Shown here: piece by piece, positions 10,190 through 21,079 of the stretch | How the letters are laid out: every line of letters begins with the position of its first letter | Numbering within the stretch: the stretch's first letter is position 1 | Assembly (NCBI RefSeq): GCF_001194135.2 | Contig: NC_068982.1 | Span: forward strand, 149,331,839 to 149,368,581 | Length of the DNA stretch: 36,743 nt | Origin: Octopus bimaculoides | Taxonomy: Eukaryota | Reading direction: 5' to 3' | The notes under the pieces: generated by a model | What the model saw: only the letters and a program-made list of their open reading frames with translations | What the model was told of the DNA's origin: nothing | Database searches by the model: none | Position numbers and translations under genes: made by a program

Positions 10190-10402
10190 ACACACACACA
10201 TGCATGAGCATATGCACACACACATGCATACATGCATACACACATACATATATACATACGTATGCAGAGCTCCCAAATATTTTCTGCCTATCAAATTTTA
10301 CTCACAAAGCAGCGGGGCCATACTAGAAGGGTTTCGTACCTGGTGTGATTGAATCCTGAACCATGGGTTTGCAAAGCAAATATTTTTGCTGCACAGCTAT
10401 AA
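10190..10402 (-). mobile_element. Highly diverged CORE-SINE 5' half with CA/TA microsatellite
   Basis: CTATCAAATTTTACTCACAAAGC...TGAATCCTGAACCATG..TTTGCAAAGCAA aligns by eye to 29640-29760. Confidence 0.55.
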
Positions 10403-10442
10403 TGTTGGTGACAAGGCTAAACATGCAATGAAAGCAATTTCA

Positions 10443-10623
10443 GGGGTAGGGTTAAGTCGATTAAGATGACCCCAGTGCTCAACTGATACTTGTTTTATCA
10501 ACTCCAAAAGGATGAAAGGCAAAGTTGACCTCAGCGAAATTTGAATTCAGAATATAGAGATGGATGAAATGCCGCTAAGCATTCTGCTCTGCATACTAAT
10601 GATTTTGCCAGCTCGCCACCTTA
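10443..10623 (-). mobile_element. tRNA-derived SINE with Meta/MESC-like central domain
   Basis: Reverse reads AAGGTGGCGAGCTGGCAAAATCATTAG...GAATTCAAATTTCGCTGAGGTCAACTTTGCCTTTCATCCTTTTGGAGTTGATAAAACAAGTATCAG. Confidence 0.75.
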
Positions 10624-10817
10624 ATCAAATGAAATATTAACATGAACCTGTTACCATTAATGATAATCTTGTTAATTGGATACAAGATTAGTGAGCTAAC
10701 AGAAATTATTAAAACAACAGAAAACATGTGTTTCAGTGTTTAGATACTTCCATTTATCTTCCAAATTGTTCAAATTTGACCAAAATAAACTTTGCTTTTC
10801 ATTATTTCTAGGGATTC

Positions 10818-11275
10818 AGGTAGCAAGCTGACAGAATTGTTAGTGCATCGGACAACATGTTTAGTAATTACTTGTAGCGACACTGTATTTCATTATACAA
10901 CTATAATGTGCCATAAAGTATATTAAATGCTTTATAAGTCAATACTGTGTCCTGCTGTGTTAGCAGGGCTATTTATTTAATCACATATTAAGGATATAAA
11001 ATTATATCTAGCATTTCATAGAGATTATAGCCAATAACAAATCAGTGCTGGCTATAATTTCTATTGAAAATCTGTAGAGATAATCTTAACATGTAACAAG
11101 CTTAGTAGTATATTTTGCTGCTCTTTACATTCTGAGTACAAATTCTGCCGAGGTCAACTTAGCCTTTCATCCTTCTGGTGTTGGTAAAATAAGTCAATGT
11201 AATCAACTTGTCTCCTCCCCCAACACAGACACACACCTCTAAAACTGCTGGTTTTGTGCCAAAATCTGAAACCTT
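10818..11275 (+). mobile_element. Same Meta-type SINE family: head at 10818-10870 and body at ~11100-11275, separated by ~230 bp
   Basis: GGTAGCAAGCTGACAGAATTGTTAG head; CTGAGTACAAATTCTGCCGAGGTCAACTTAGCCTTTCATCCTT body. Confidence 0.6.
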
Positions 11276-11939
11276 TAAATCTAAGGGTTGATAAAATTAG
11301 TACCAGTCATTAACTAAGAATCAGTCAATTAAACTATTTGTACCCATGTGCCATAAATATTTCTGGCTCTGTGCTTAATTCAGAGCTGAATGATTATACT
11401 GGTAACAATCCATGTCTTTTTGTTTTTTTCATTATTTGCTTCATTTTTGCATTTATTGTATTTTGCTTGTTTTGTTTTTCATTTTGTTTTGTTTTTCTTC
11501 CATTTATTTGAAGCAGTAATAATTTCTTTAAATAAATTATTATTACTCAACTCTAGTTGCATTACAACCAGGACTATATAAAGATCTTCAGCAACGACTG
11601 TTTAATGGTCCTTATGCTTGAATGGGTCATCTATTTCAGAGCAGTTATCTTGCATGCCAAAAATAAATGGGGGAAATGGTCTGGTGAGATGCGTCTATTT
11701 ATAAACCTATCAATAAGGCAAGAGGTAATAATATTATCAGTTTTCAGTGGAAGATAAAGAGATATGCTGCAATAAAATCGAAAATTAAACCAATGTCATG
11801 ATATAATACATTGTAATTCTCTCACATCCATAAAGAAAAGAGAAACAAAATAGAAATTAAAAGAATACCAAATCTATTTAGTCTCAAAAAATTATTAGCT
11901 ATTTTTATGGCTTCTTATACACACATTCACTCCTATATG

Positions 11940-11940
<1 letters not shown>

Positions 11941-11983
<43 letters not shown>

Positions 11984-12800
11984 NNNNNNNNNNNNNNNNN
12001 NNNNNNNNNNNNNNNNNNNNNNNNNNNNNNNNNNNNNNNNNNNNNNNNNNNNNNNNNNNNNNNNNNNNNNNNNNNNNNNNNNNNNNNNNNNNNNNNNNNN
12101 NNNNNNNNNNNNNNNNNNNNNNNNNNNNNNNNNNNNNNNNNNNNNNNNNNNNNNNNNNNNNNNNNNNNNNNNNNNNNNNNNNNNNNNNNNNNNNNNNNNN
12201 NNNNNNNNNNNNNNNNNNNNNNNNNNNNNNNNNNNNNNNNNNNNNNNNNNNNNNNNNNNNNNNNNNNNNNNNNNNNNNNNNNNNNNNNNNNNNNNNNNNN
12301 NNNNNNNNNNNNNNNNNNNNNNNNNNNNNNNNNNNNNNNNNNNNNNNNNNNNNNNNNNNNNNNNNNNNNNNNNNNNNNNNNNNNNNNNNNNNNNNNNNNN
12401 NNNNNNNNNNNNNNNNNNNNNNNNNNNNNNNNNNNNNNNNNNNNNNNNNNNNNNNNNNNNNNNNNNNNNNNNNNNNNNNNNNNNNNNNNNNNNNNNNNNN
12501 NNNNNNNNNNNNNNNNNNNNNNNNNNNNNNNNNNNNNNNNNNNNNNNNNNNNNNNNNNNNNNNNNNNNNNNNNNNNNNNNNNNNNNNNNNNNNNNNNNNN
12601 NNNNNNNNNNNNNNNNNNNNNNNNNNNNNNNNNNNNNNNNNNNNNNNNNNNNNNNNNNNNNNNNNNNNNNNNNNNNNNNNNNNNNNNNNNNNNNNNNNNN
12701 NNNNNNNNNNNNNNNNNNNNNNNNNNNNNNNNNNNNNNNNNNNNNNNNNNNNNNNNNNNNNNNNNNNNNNNNNNNNNNNNNNNNNNNNNNNNNNNNNNNN

Positions 12801-12849
<49 letters not shown>
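11941..12849. other. 817-N gap flanked by (CT)n and (AT)n
   Basis: (CT)n 11941-11983, N 11984-12800, (AT)n 12801-12849. Confidence 0.98.
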
Positions 12850-12853
<4 letters not shown>

Positions 12854-12899
12854 AAGATTCAAAAACTAGAGTAGTGGTAAGAAATATGTACAGTGATGG

Positions 12900-14083
12900 G
12901 TATGTAATCGTGAATTAAAATATATAGAGAGATCAAAGTTGGTTATGCATGCATATTTAGACGTGTAGACGTGTTCATTCTGCAGCTAAAATAGTCTCCA
13001 GTTCTTGTATTGATGATGGTGGAAGACATCAACTCCTTACTTGTTTTTCTAAAATGAACCATAAATGTTCAATAATATTGAGATCTGAGGACTGTGGTGG
13101 CCAGACAAGATGTTCAACTTCCCTAGAATGTTACTCGTGTCATTCAGTAACAACTTTAGTTATGTGAATTGGTGCATTATCATCCTGAAAGATTGCATTT
13201 CCCTCCGGAAACAGTTTCGCAACCATAGGATGAATTTAATCAGATAAAATGCTTAAATAGTCTTGACTATTAATTCTGCCATGTAGGGAAACCATTGGGC
13301 TGGTAGATTTCCGAGATATAACCCCCCAGATCATCACAGATCCTCTTCCATGTTTAACAGTTGGAAGAAGGCAGTCTGGGTTAAATGCTTCTTTTGGCTG
13401 TCTCCAAATGTATACTCGGCCAGTGGTTGGAAATAAAGTAAAGGATGACTCGTCCAAGAAAATAACATTCTTCCACTGCTCTAGGGACCAATTCTGTAGG
13501 TTTTTACTCCACTCTAAACGCTTTGCAATGTTTATTTTTGAAAGTGGTGGCTTTCTGATTGCAGCCCTCCCGTGAAATCTGGCTTTGTGCAGCTCCCAGC
13601 GAACAATTTCTGTGGAAATTGAGTTCTCAAGGTGGTCATTAAGCTCTGCAGTAATTTTGGAAGATGTACTTTTGTGATCCTTTCTAACAATTTGTGTAAG
13701 AGTCCGACAGTCCCTATCTGAAAGTTTTGGTTTTCTTCCAGAGTTTTGTTTCAACGAGGTTTTTCTCTTTCTGAAAGGCTGCCATTACTTTCAAGACAGT
13801 TCTTCTTGATACACCAAACATTTCAGCTGTTTTCGTTATGCTAGTACTTGTCATACGAGCACCAACAATTTGACCTCTTTGAAAGTTCAATAGATCTGTC
13901 ATTTTAATGAATTTTAATTGTGCTTTTCTGATGATAGCTGAAAAGAAATAGCAATTTTAGCAAAACATATTAAGCAACACTAATAATAAATCAAAAAACA
14001 TAAAAATAAACAAGCTTTTGATGGTTTTATAGATATTTCAAAATTATGATGCTAGGTGTTTCCATTATTTTGTCCAACCCCTG
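12900..14083 (-). mobile_element. Tc1-family DNA transposon, one TIR retained
   Basis: Reverse strand starts CAGGGGTTGGACAAAATAATGGAAACACC at 14083; transposase follows; second TIR not found before the gap. Confidence 0.92.
12930..13902 (-). pseudogene. Tc1-like transposase pseudogene with DD36E triad spacing (Incomer-like)
   Basis: MTDLLNFQRGQIVGAR.. paired-like HTH, frameshift near 13755, GRKPKL, VIFLDESSF (D1), FQDDNAPIH (D2), WPPQSSDLNIIEHLW (E); 36 codons counted between D2 and E; several in-frame stops. Confidence 0.9.
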
Positions 14084-14369
14084 AATATATAGTAGTTATG
14101 GTATATAACTGGTCAGAAAGTTATCATTGGTTTTGTGTCTACTAAGTCACTTGGCAATACTAATGGCTCATGAGACACGCTGGCTGGAAGCACATAGCCT
14201 CTTTAGTGCTGGAGGTAAATATATAGTCTTGTTATATTGGGGAAAAAGAACAAAAAGAAAAACAAAATTTCCTGAGAAGAAAAGAAGAGTTGCCTCCTAT
14301 GTACAATTCTAATCATGGCCAAAGATGGGTAGCTGTGCTTGTGTACGTTTTTCTTGTTCCTCAGTCTGT

Positions 14370-15165
14370 AAAAGAGGAAGACCACATTTCAAAAATGAAC
14401 TTTCTATCATGAGAGCAGTAACTGAAAATTTCACTTTTTCAGTTCAAGGAAGCGCACAGATGGTGTGAAATTTTTAGGATTATTTTCCTCTCAGTTAAAC
14501 AAAGTTTAAACCATCTGCTTCTATTGAGGGATGGCCCAGGCTATTCTAACAGCTGCCAGTTAATTTTGTATGGTGTCTCTTTCTATTCTTATTGTCATAT
14601 GTAACTGGTTAATAATGTAATGTTGAGCCTCTCTTAGAACCCTATATGAGAACCTGTGTTTATTTAACCTGGCCTTAGAGGGGCCTCCTGTCAATCATAT
14701 TTTTGTATATGTGTACCTTTGTAGTTACTGTTGCTGGATATCATCACTTCTTCATAGAATATGACCTTAGTGTTGAATTGAATATTAAATGGGCACTCAT
14801 TGCACACTCTAGATGAGTTTCCTGGGATGTTCACTAATATCTTTCTGATACTAGATGCACAGCTGAACAAGACTTTTACTTTGAGTCTTGAATAATCACC
14901 AAGACAAGTGAGACTGAAATAATTATCTACTAATGAAAAAAAGACTTTTCCTGTGTGAATTTACAAGATGAGTGAGAAGGGTAGAGCAAACAAGAGGCCA
15001 TGTTTTATTTTGTTGGTGTTAGGTCTAAGCATATAGGTGATGTCATCCTTAAAGCTACAGGCTACAAGAGCCTCGTTGTAATAGGGAGCCACTACATCAA
15101 CAACATCTTTATTTGAGGATGGGTTTTAAGATCCTCCTCCTGACACCCTTTACAATGTCAAGGTG
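14370..15165 (-). mobile_element. Degraded Penelope-like element (end of RT, linker, GIY-YIG region)
   Basis: Manual translation from ~15120: SSNKDVVDVVAPYYNEALVACSFKDDITY...GKVFFSLVDNYF...VKVLFSCASSIRKI...CNECPFN...VIFYEE...TLLTSYI*Q...YKINWQLL, collinear with recalled Penelope motifs (APYYN.AL..SG, VKLSYSC, CNC..CPL, I.WKIL); multiple stops. Confidence 0.7.
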
Positions 15166-15322
15166 GATAATGGTAATATTTATAATAAAGAATTTATTGT
15201 TCTGAAGTCTAAACAATAATGAGTGCAAATTCTGAAAATGGTGTAATATAGAAATTTATTGAATTTGTTCTTCCAGTAAACAACAGAGGTGAAGAAATAG
15301 GCAGGTTTGTTGCTCACACATA

Positions 15323-15323
<1 letters not shown>

Positions 15324-15380
<57 letters not shown>

Positions 15381-16210
15381 TTTGTGCATGTAAACACATA
15401 CACACACGTTTGTAGAGCATCATATGCATGCAAGCTCACACATACACAATACACACATACACACACAAACATACACACACATATTGCATATTTCTTTAGA
15501 TTAATTAATCAGTCTTAATAGTTTCTTTTAATTTACTTCTTGTTTCTTTTCCAATTAGATAAGAATTTAATTTTATTAACATTCACAAATTCAAAATTTT
15601 AATCGTATTTCTTTAATTATATCTATTTCAAATGGAGTTATCAACTTAAGCATATATGCATACATGCAGCTATCTATGTGTGTGCATGTGGGAAGTGTTG
15701 ATGCAGGCGTGGGTGTGTTTGTGGTAGCTGCATGTGTCAGAGTGTGTGCACTCTTAGTAGCAGGTGTATTGAAACAATGCTTGTTTGCAGAAGATTATTA
15801 TATTGTATGTGCATAAATGTGCATGTGTAAATTTGGTGGTATTAATTGGTGTAAGTGGATGATCATATCAGTGTGTGTGTGCGTGTGCGTGTGTCTGTGT
15901 GTAAGTATTAACAGGCAGTGTGTGTAAATGATTTTGTTTGCAAATAAATGTGTTGAGGATGTAGTGTAGTGTAGGAAGACGTTGCAAGGTTGTATGCATG
16001 TGCAATGGTAATGGTGTGTGTGTGTGTGTTTACGCATGCACGTGTGTGTGTGTGTAACAAATATATGAGTAACTCTAGTAACAAATATATGAGTGCCTGT
16101 TTTCCTTGATTTATGGAGTTTTAGATGACTATACACCCCTCCACACACACACATATTTGCCATAAGTCTGTGCGTGTATATGTTATGTGTGTGTATATAT
16201 ATATATAAAT
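15324..16210. repeat. Extended degenerate (TG/CA)n and (TGCA)-type low-complexity region
   Basis: Direct inspection. Confidence 0.85.
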
Positions 16211-16224
16211 ATATATACGCCTGA

Positions 16225-16422
16225 TTGGCTCTCATGCTGGTGGCACGTAAAAGCAGCCACTACACTCTTGGAGTGGTTGGCGTTAGGAAGGGCATCCAGT
16301 TGTAGAAACTCTGCCAGATCAGATAGGACCCTGATGCAGCCATCTGGTTTGCCAGTCCTCAGTCAAATCATCCAATCCATGCTAGCATGGAAAGCAGACG
16401 TTAAGCGATGATGATGATGATT
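16225..16422 (+). mobile_element. RTE-tail element with (GAT)n tail
   Basis: GGTGGCACGTAAAAGCAGCCACTACACTC...GCATGGAAAGCAGACGTTAAGCGATGATGATGATGA. Confidence 0.9.
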
Positions 16423-16781
16423 GCAGATATATATATATCAAAAGGATGTGTTATAATACTATTCCACATGTATAAAAACAGGCCATACCAACAATCCAAG
16501 ATACCTTCATCATCAGCTGCCCCACAGATATCATTATGGTTTCGACACCTGGGCAGTACCATTCAATCCAGTGGTGTCAACAGCACTAAAATAAGTGTTG
16601 TTTGGAAACAAACATACCAAAGAAACCGCACCTTTCAAACACATTTATCCTGTGCACAACAATTTTATCGGTAAATAAATTCAATAAGTAAATTACAACC
16701 AACTCCTAAATGCATAACTAAATAGTGACCAATTTTACTCCCTACCGTCTTCCATAATATATATATATATATATATGTATA

Positions 16782-17045
16782 TCATCATCATCATCCTCAT
16801 CATCATGATGACCATTTAATATTTGTTTTCCATACTGGCACAGGTTGGATGGTTTGACAGGGGCTAGCAAGCTGTAGATCTTCACCAGGCTCCAGTTCTC
16901 TGTTTCGGCTTGGTTTCTATGGCTGGATGCACTTTCTAATACTAACCACAGATTGTACTGGCTGTTTTATATGTGGCACCAGCATGCATGCTTTGTATGT
17001 GACACCATCACTGGTGCTTTGTATGTGGCACCAGCATATGTCTGT
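16782..17045 (-). mobile_element. RTE-tail element, inverted relative to the 16225 copy
   Basis: (CAT)n at 16782-16805 then TTTCCATACTGGCACAGGTTGGATGG...GGCTGGATGCACTTTCTAATACTAACC. Confidence 0.85.
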
Positions 17046-17154
17046 ATATGTGTATTTCATTAAATTGATGTTGCTTGTATATTTTACTCTCTGGATCCAG
17101 TGAGTGTTACACACGTTTTCCAATTATTGATTTATTGATAATATATTTATAAAG

Positions 17155-17295
17155 TAGTCAGCTGGTAGAATTACAAGAGCATCAGATAGATTTACTTTGC
17201 AGTAATCATTCTCACTACCTGTAGGCTGTGTACAACTCCCACCAGGGCCAATTTTTGCCTTTCATCTTTTGTGTGTCAATAAACAAACTAGCAAT
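17155..17295 (+). mobile_element. Diverged Meta-type SINE
   Basis: GCTGGTAGAATTAC head remnant and TTTTGCCTTTCATCTTTT central motif. Confidence 0.45.
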
Positions 17296-17531
17296 CCTGT
17301 ACTGCGTTCACTTCTCTTTGTTTCATTTTTTCTTTCTGTCAGTTTTTTCCTCTTTTCTGGAAGTTAGCAATTGTGATCAGACTTACAAAGGAGTGGGCTC
17401 TTTTAGCTATAAAAAGTGTCCGAGATATTCTGTATCATGATGGCACACCAGCATCTCCATCAGGATTTGAGGGCCTCATACAAAGGAAGGTTGATATATT
17501 TTTCCACATTTCTCTGTAATTCAAAATTCTA

Positions 17532-17669
17532 CACAGGTGCAGGTGTGGCTATGTGGTAAGAAGTTTGCTTCCCAACAACATGGTTCTGGGTTTAGTGTCT
17601 TCAGTTATAGCCCTGGGCCGACCAAAGCCTTGTGAATGCATATGGTCGATGGAAACTGAAAGAAGCCTG

Positions 17670-17710
<41 letters not shown>
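17532..17710 (+). mobile_element. CORE-SINE 5' half (internal deletion) ending in (TA)n
   Basis: GTGGCTATGTGGTAAGAAGTTTGCTTCCCAAC...GGGCCGACCAAAGCCTTGTGA...GGAAACTGAAAGAAGCC-(TA)n. Confidence 0.85.
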
Positions 17711-17712
<2 letters not shown>

Positions 17713-17755
17713 TATGATTTCCAATCAAGATTAGAATGGCATAATCCGAAAGAAC

Positions 17756-17843
17756 AGGAACTGGTATCTCCAAAGGAACTGGTATATCCAGGAATTGGTA
17801 TCTCCAAACAGGAACTGGTATATCCAGGAATTGGTATCTCCAA
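17756..17843. repeat. Minisatellite, 5 copies of AGGAA(C/T)TGGTAT(C/A)TCC(AA) alternating 16 and 18-20 bp
   Basis: Units start at 17756, 17774, 17790, 17810 and 17826. Confidence 0.9.
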
Positions 17844-17879
17844 AGTCAGTCAGAAATATAAACAATTGCATATGCACAT

Positions 17880-18612
17880 ATACAGATCAAAACAGTTTGA
17901 TTCAGACTCCTAAGTACTCTAAGTTTCAAGTGTGTGGCTAGTCTTCAGCCATTGGGGTCTGAATGAGAATTCGATTGAAGAGAGTCAATGTTTACTACTG
18001 GATGTTAGCTGGTGACTGGTCGAGAAAGGTCACGTGGTATAGCGGTTTGATGTATATATGTATATATGTACATGCCCATATATCTGTGTGTATGCATCCG
18101 GACTTATACGAGTGTGTATGTGTGATTATATGTACATTCAGACACACACAGGTACACATGCACATAGACACACACACACACATATACATACACACACACA
18201 TACACACACATGGACATACACACACACGGACACACACACATGCATGTGCCCATCTTTATCTCCATGTACATATGCACCCGAGCACATGCACACATGCATG
18301 CACATGTAAGTGTGTATGTGTACATACATGCACATGCATGGAAGCACATGTGCATGGACATGCATATGCACAGTCATGCACATGCATGCATGCACACATA
18401 TACTCGTGTGGCCAAGCAGAAGGGGTGAAAATATGCAGGCAGACAGGCATGGAGAAGTGTTGGGGATTGGCGATTTGCAGTACTGTTCATGGGGGTTAAT
18501 TTGTCACAGTGAAATAAATCCTGGGGTCAAAACATTTGACTAAAAATTCTTCAAGGTGTTGCCCCAGTATGGCCGCAGTCTAATGCCTGAAACAAGTAAA
18601 AGATAAAAAAAA
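17880..18612 (+). mobile_element. SINE-like element with ~370-bp expanded internal CA/TGCA array and standard tail
   Basis: Tail AAATCCTGGGGTC...GCCCCAGTATGGCCGCAGTCTAATGCCTGAAACAAGTAAAAGATAAAA at 18515-18610; array 18045-18410; 5' boundary uncertain. Confidence 0.55.
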
Positions 18613-19084
18613 AAGACGATAAATACTTAAAACGTTTTTCTGTCCTCAGGCACACAGATAAATATTTATTTCTTCTTGATCAGATATTAGAAAAAAGATA
18701 TCAAATACAGAACATGGCGACCTGGTTAATGGATTACCAATACAAGATGATTGTGTATGAAGGGAGCTAAAAGTTCATTCAACAGCAGACATACCTTTGA
18801 GAAAGGTTGGGGGGACACAATCTAAGTGAAGGTGAGAGGTTTACAAAGTATGTGGTTACCTAGCAAACAAAAGATATTTGGCTTCAATAATATCAATAGT
18901 ATATTTCTTTTGATGTGAAATTGATATTTACAAAGTTAAAATTAATGTTTAATATTGTTTACATTAAATATTTTATATTGAACATTATAAGCATAAAACT
19001 GAGACAGCAGATCAGCTGACGGGACTTGAACCATGTTTGCACTGGCTGATCGGTGACTGTATACGTGTTCAAAAATTTTAGTTC

Positions 19085-19527
19085 TCTCTTTTATTTTATC
19101 TTTTATCCTTTACTTGTTTCAGCCATCAGACTGCGGCCATGCTGGAGTACCGCCTTGAAGAATTTTAGTTGAATGAATTGATCCCAGTGCTTATTTTTTT
19201 TTCTTTAAAGCCTGATACTTATTTTATTGGTCACTTTTGCTGAACCGCTAAGTTACAGGAATGTAAACACATCAATAGTGGTTGTCAAGCAGTAAGGTGG
19301 AGACAAACACAGATACACAAACACAATAACACACACACGCACACACACACATATACACATAGGTATATACACATATACAATGGGCTTCTTTCAGTCACCG
19401 TCTGCTAAACTCACCCACAAGGCATTGGTTCACTTGAGGCTATAGTGGAAAACACTTGCCCAAGGTGCCACACAGTGGGACTGAACCTGGAACTGTGTAG
19501 TTGGAAAGTAAGCTTCTTACCACACAA
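19085..19527 (-). mobile_element. Full-length CORE-SINE
   Basis: Tail, internal (CA/TA)n, ACACTTGCCCAAGGTGCCACACAGTGGGACTGAACC core and head all present. Confidence 0.9.
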
Positions 19528-19559
19528 CCACTCCTGTCTCTCTCTCTATATATATACAG

Positions 19560-19906
19560 AAATGGTAAATGGTTTACAGCACAAAAGAAATCACTTTAAA
19601 CTTGCGAAAATAATATTCGGAATGCCTTTATCTCTACTAAGTATAGATGCAGATGTGTTACCTAAGATTAATTTTGAAGATCCAATCAAAAACTTTGCAA
19701 TTCAAAAAAGTAGGAGGAAACTTTTCAAATATAAATAAAATGGAAATATACAAAAATAAACATTATTTTACCTCTTACTGTTTGTTATGTTTTGCAAAAC
19801 GAAAAATTATTTTACGGTTTGTTATTGTTTATATTTTGAATTACATAATCTTTTATGGGGGCACCAAAATCTTTTAAGTGCTTAGGGCCTCGGTGGGTCT
19901 TAATCC
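19560..19906 (+). mobile_element. hAT (Tip100-like) transposon 3' remnant
   Basis: Translation LSLLSIDADVLPKINFEDPIKNFAIQKSRRKLF matches the hAT C-terminal dimerisation consensus (LALLSIE..L..IDFE.II..FA..K.RR); followed by GGGGGCACC..GCTTAGGGCCTC..GTCTTAATCC, the usual approach to a ..CCGGCCCTG TIR (last bases lost). Confidence 0.75.
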
Positions 19907-19913
19907 CTTAATC

Positions 19914-20150
19914 CGTGGCTTAGTTGTTAGGGTGTTGGATTAATGATTGTGAGATTGTGGTTTCAATTCCTGGACTGGGCAACACGTATTCTTGAGCAAA
20001 GCATTTCATTTCACATTGCCTCAGTTTGCTCATCTGACAAAACTGAGTAATAGGATGCTGCAACAGACCAGCATCCCATTCAGGTCAGGATTATATATAC
20101 ACCATGGAAACCAGGAAACCAGCCCTTATCAGTCTGCAAAACTTGGGAAG
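19914..20150 (+). mobile_element. Third tRNA-headed SINE family
   Basis: GTGGCTTAGTTGTTAG (A-box-like) and GTTTCAATTCC (B-box-like), then TTCTTGAGCAAAGCATTTCATTTCACATTGC...CAGCATCCCATTCAGG body. Confidence 0.7.
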
Positions 20151-20164
20151 GAACTTCTTTTACT

Positions 20165-20610
20165 TTTTACCTAGTCTTGACATTGTGTGACTGTTGTAAA
20201 CAAACATCTTACATTTCCAGTATTCTGTGATGATGATGATGATGATGTATGTATGTATATCAGTGTATGTGAATGTGAGTGTGTGTATGTTTGTGTGTGT
20301 TTGCTTATGTTTCTGTGTGTTTGCATATGTTTGCGTATGTTTGTGTATGTTTGCATTTGTTTGCGTATGTTTGTGTATGTTTGTGTATGTTTTCACCCGC
20401 ATGTTAGTTGTAAATGAGACTCACTGTCATACAAGAAGTGACATTCACTTCCAGTATTCCTAGCCATGGGAAAATATTACCTTACTGGGAAATATGTGAA
20501 GGGCATCCAGCCAGAGAAAATTTGTTAGCATATAAAAGTGGATGTTAAAACAATGATGATGAGGATGATGATGACGACGATGACAACGACAACGACAACG
20601 ACAACGACAA
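20165..20610 (+). mobile_element. Variant RTE-tail-like element with internal (TGTA/TTTG) array and (GAT/GAC)n tail
   Basis: GAAGGGCATCCAGCC...GTGGATGTTAAAACAATGATGATGAGGATG tail; inverse relative at 35112-35345. Confidence 0.6.
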
Positions 20611-20634
20611 GGTGGAGGTGGTATGTGCTTAAAG

Positions 20635-20840
20635 AGATGGATGGATGGACAGATGGACAGACGGGCGGATGGTTGGATGGATGGATAGATGGGTGGGTGG
20701 ATGGGTGGATGGATGGGTGAATGCTTGAATGGGTGGATGGATGGACGGATGCATGGATGGATGCCTGGACAGATGAAGGGACAGTTGGATGGATGGATGG
20801 ATGGATGGACAGATGTATGAATGGATGGATGGATGGGTGA
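20635..20840. repeat. (GGAT)n degenerate tetranucleotide array
   Basis: Direct inspection. Confidence 0.9.
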
Positions 20841-21079
20841 GAAAAAGGAGGATATATTGATAAGTAGTGTTCGATAGATAGAGAATTTTAATGATGAAAT
20901 ATCAAAGAAGAATATTTTACTGAATTGACTTCAGTGAACAAGAATGTCTGGCAGAAGAAGAAAGTTATTAAAAGCTTAAAAGATTTTTCAATACAAATCA
21001 GCAATAATATGTAAATCAAATTATTGTAAATACAATAACACAGGAAGTAAGATTAGAAATGAATGAATGAAATATTTTA

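Noticed and set aside
11557-11757. Possible plus-strand exon ending at TCTG|GTGAGA
   Set aside because: No partner exon in phase, no recognisable homology, and a weak acceptor.
11895-12869. ~310-320-aa ORFs (likewise 23747-24667 and 31113-31748)
   Set aside because: Read-through of N gaps and dinucleotide repeats.
13927-13942. CTGATGA-TAGCT-GAAA hammerhead-like core
   Set aside because: No room for stem II, no stem III/NUH or stem I pairing; lies in the Tc1 5' leader.
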